Assembly: GCA_030324005.1 (NCBI GenBank)
Contig: JARDVH010000042.1
Coordinates: forward strand, 48,719,185-48,783,184
Length of the DNA: 64,000 nucleotides
Direction: 5' to 3'
Source of the DNA: Negaprion brevirostris
Taxonomy: Eukaryota
Made by a program: the position numbers and the translations under genes. Of this stretch, positions 60,981 to 64,000 are shown in pieces. The number at the start of each line of letters is the position of its first letter. Position 1 is the stretch's first letter. The notes beneath the pieces are model-generated. The model searched no databases and had not been told where the DNA came from. It worked only from the letters and a program-made list of their open reading frames with translations.

Positions 60981-63514
60981 AATGAAACTATTTCCTCTGG
61001 TGGAGTATTCCCAAATAAGAGATCATAATCTTAAAGTTAGAGCAGGACCAATACACAGTTAGATCAACCAGGTCTCCAAATGTGCAGGTAGTTAGTATTG
61101 TCCAATGAAACAGGTTATATTTCTCCAAGTACCCATCTACTAGCTAAATCAGTGCCAATAAATCTGCGTAATGCAATTCTGTGACATCAACGACACAGGA
61201 TCATGAAGCAAGGCTGCAGTGATTTACACAAAACATTTGTTCAAACTATCTATTAATCTCAGCGAAGTCACTGCACTTGGAAACACTTTGGCAGTTACAT
61301 GTGCATGTCTAAAGCAAGGCATTTAAAAAATCTTCACCAAGCAGCTAATGGTTTGTTTTATCTGATTGTTTCTAACAAGCAAACAACAGCAACAATCTCA
61401 GTTGCCAATAGAAGTGCTCAAGTCCCAATGTCATTGACTCAACCATAACTTAAGGTTTGTGTTGGTGTTAAGTGGCCTATAAAACTGAGCTCCATGGCAC
61501 GTGGTCAATTACAGCACAGTATCAGAAAGTTACACCCAAGCTACTCAATCACTAGTTACATACTTCTTTTACTTGAAGTATTTCTATCTGCTAAAAGTGG
61601 TATATCTTTTAAAGTGTTACGTGTGAATCATAAACCGACAGTCATAATCTCCCTATGGATCGCTTGTTCAACAAAGCCCTAGGCAGATATTCTGTTGAAG
61701 GATAAACCATGATGTCAGGCCAGTACCTACAGGTACTGAACACGTGGGACCTGATACAGACAATGCTACATTGGAGTGTGAAAGCTGAGTAATTTGAGCT
61801 CCCGGGTCTCATTTTACTGTTGTCTCATAGACAGCCTGCCTAAAGTCAACAGGAATGGTGTAAAGGCAAATGGGAGAAATCACACAGCTGTGGGCACAGT
61901 TCCTGGTGAGGTAACTGCAAGGGCATCAGGAATGCTCATAATCAGGAGAGGATAAAGCCCTGAGTCAGGGCAGTTACAATATCTTCTTCAAATTTACAAA
62001 AAAATTTCCAGGGAAAGAACTTAGCTCAGGCTCTTACTGCAGACCTAGTCCCCCTCTAATTTCTTTTCACTGAGAGTGTCCCAAATATCTGCCACCTTTA
62101 ATTTTTTTGTGTGGCCACACACGCACAATATCTTAAAGACACAATTTGTGAGTAGCCTGTGTGTTTTCCTGGTTGCTTTGCAACTACACGTGCAGCTTAC
62201 GAGAAACATTGACTTAGCCAACGTGAAGTTAAACTTGCAAACACATTTTGCCTCTTTACACTCCTGCTTGTCTGGGGCTGCAGCTGTTCCAAAGCCGTTA
62301 AAATGGAGAATGTTCTGAAGAGTTCAGCAACAGTGCAAACAGCACCCGTATGTATTTTTAACTCTCAGCTCCCCAACTCCCACTAGTAGGCTAGAATAAA
62401 CTGCTGGAAATATTAAAACACCTTGGCTGACTAATTACCACAGTTTAACCAACTGTAAACCTTCCAAGTGGCTGCAAAGTGAAAAGTTAAAAATAATACA
62501 ATTAATACAGCAACTAGACAAACATTACTTTTTGAAAAATTCCAACAATTTACTTTAACCCATGCATCACCCCGACCTTTATAATATGTTTTGTGTCTGT
62601 ACGTCCAGACGGTGTATTTTTCATCAATTCGTTACAAATCTATCATATGTGTTCTGCATTCCAATTTTCTACTTTCTGAATCTTCGGATTTACTGGTGGA
62701 ATTCTATAAGCGAATTACTGGTTCTATAATATGAAAATAATCAATAACGTTTCACTTCGCTGCAAACTGGTGAAATGAGTGAAATATCCCATGGTTCAAC
62801 AATCCGTTAAAGAATGAGCACAATTCGGCTTGATTGCAGGCCTTATGAACAGTTCTGTTACATTTTTTTGTGTGTGTGACCAGCCTCTGGAATTGTCAAG
62901 AAAGGCTTCACACTTCGTTGGGAACAAGGAAGGAATTATTGATAAGAGAAACTTCAGTAACTTCGGGCTGCCTTGGGGCAGGACTCTAGTCTTTAAATAC
63001 GTACTTCGTGGCTTCTAGGTGATCCTGCCTGAACAAGGACTCCACCCTATGGTGTGATCACTCACTCTCGGATTCCACTGATCCCTCAAGTGAGGTGACT
63101 CACTTTTGCTGTACTGTCTTAAAGAGACGGGCACCACATACACAACAAGCTCAGAGAGTAAATAACTGATAACAGGGCAAACAAGAACAATGGATTTGTT
63201 GAAAGTATATTGAAAGGACAAGGATAGTGTCTTTCAAGAGTTTTAAAACTGATCATGGGGAACTGCAACAGTAAGAAACATGGCGAGAGGCTGTAATGGT
63301 ACAACTGATCAAGGGCAGCAAATGTGCACAATGGCTACACAGAACTTTGCAAGGTGAAATGTAACACAAGCATGGGTTCATCTCCATAGTTTAAACTAGT
63401 AATCCAACATAGCTTTGGGTACTTTATATCAAAGGAGAATCTTTTTGGACTGTGAGGTTACGTCAGGGCCATCCCGGAAAAAGGATATAAAGAAAAAGTT
63501 TTTGAAAATGCCAT

Positions 63515-63868
63515 TGTATCATAGAATCACGACAGCGCAGAAGACAGCAATTCAGAACATCGAGTGCACCAATTCTCTGACAGATTATTTTATTCAAGCC
63601 TTCTGCTCTGCCTTACCCCTGTAACTCACATTTACCATGGCTAATCCGTCTAACCTTCACATCTTGGGACACTAAAGGGCATTTCTTTTTACCATGGCCA
63701 ATCCACTTATCCTGCACATCTTTGGAATATTGCAGGAAACCAGAGTAACCGGAGGAAACCCATTCAGACATGGGAAAAATGTGCAAACTCCACACAAGCA
63801 GCTGTCCAAGGCTGGAATTGAACCTGAGTCACTGACTGAGAGGAGCAGTGCTAAGTCTTGTGCCACCA
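63515..63868 (-). mobile_element. HE1-type V-SINE, diverged, CR1-type tail
   Basis: tcatagaatc tail, duplicated cacatctt(g/t)gga unit, V-domain ggaggaaaccc..gtgcaaactccacac, and head ggaattgaacc..gcagtgct..gtgccacc. Confidence 0.85.
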
Positions 63869-64000
63869 AGTCAGTGGTGGAGAGGAGGTCTCTCAAGAAT
63901 GCATCCATGTTGATTTCAGTTTAACACCCCTGGGGAAAACTTTGCAAAGGTGCAGGGCACGAAGAAGAGGAAAAAAAGGGAAGAACTGTTTGCACATGCA

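Larger units (their letters stand above)
59770..61050 (+). mobile_element. Old CR1 fragment interrupted at 60253-60980
   Basis: gcagctgacactaaac (ADTK-like) and gatcagaccccacccag. attttgataggggaaatac[aat] joins gaaactatttcctctggtgg..cataatcttaaagttagagc across the insertion. Confidence 0.6.

Noticed and set aside
1-64000. ORF-track entries as host protein-coding genes
   Set aside because: All are short. The recognisable ones are LINE/SINE-derived, and several of the longest (e.g. 3098-3655, 54683-55231) read through N gaps. There is no coherent exon chain.

Overview
Eukaryotic (vertebrate) genomic DNA, almost certainly an elasmobranch (shark/ray), inferred from abundant HE1-type V-SINEs, CR1 (HER1-like) LINEs and DeuSINE fragments. 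It is a draft assembly with many N gaps, mostly 100 bp placeholders inside young repeats. I found no convincing protein-coding exon, tRNA/rRNA gene or CRISPR array, so the window looks intergenic or intronic. It is a layered mosaic of CR1, L2 and Rex1/Babar LINE fragments, several SINE families, PIF/Harbinger-like non-autonomous elements with 3-bp TSDs (one keeps a decayed Myb/SANT ORF), solo-LTR-like segments and three short Penelope-type insertions with degenerate minimal hammerhead ribozyme cores. AT-rich repeat-free islands between them may be conserved non-coding elements. The most notable signals are the hammerhead-bearing Penelope insertions, a V-SINE subfamily with a Rex1/Babar-like rather than CR1-like tail, and nested insertions that give a relative order of activity. 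Family names come from recalled consensus motifs, not database searches, and boundaries of degraded elements are approximate. I do not see a clearly new biological system.
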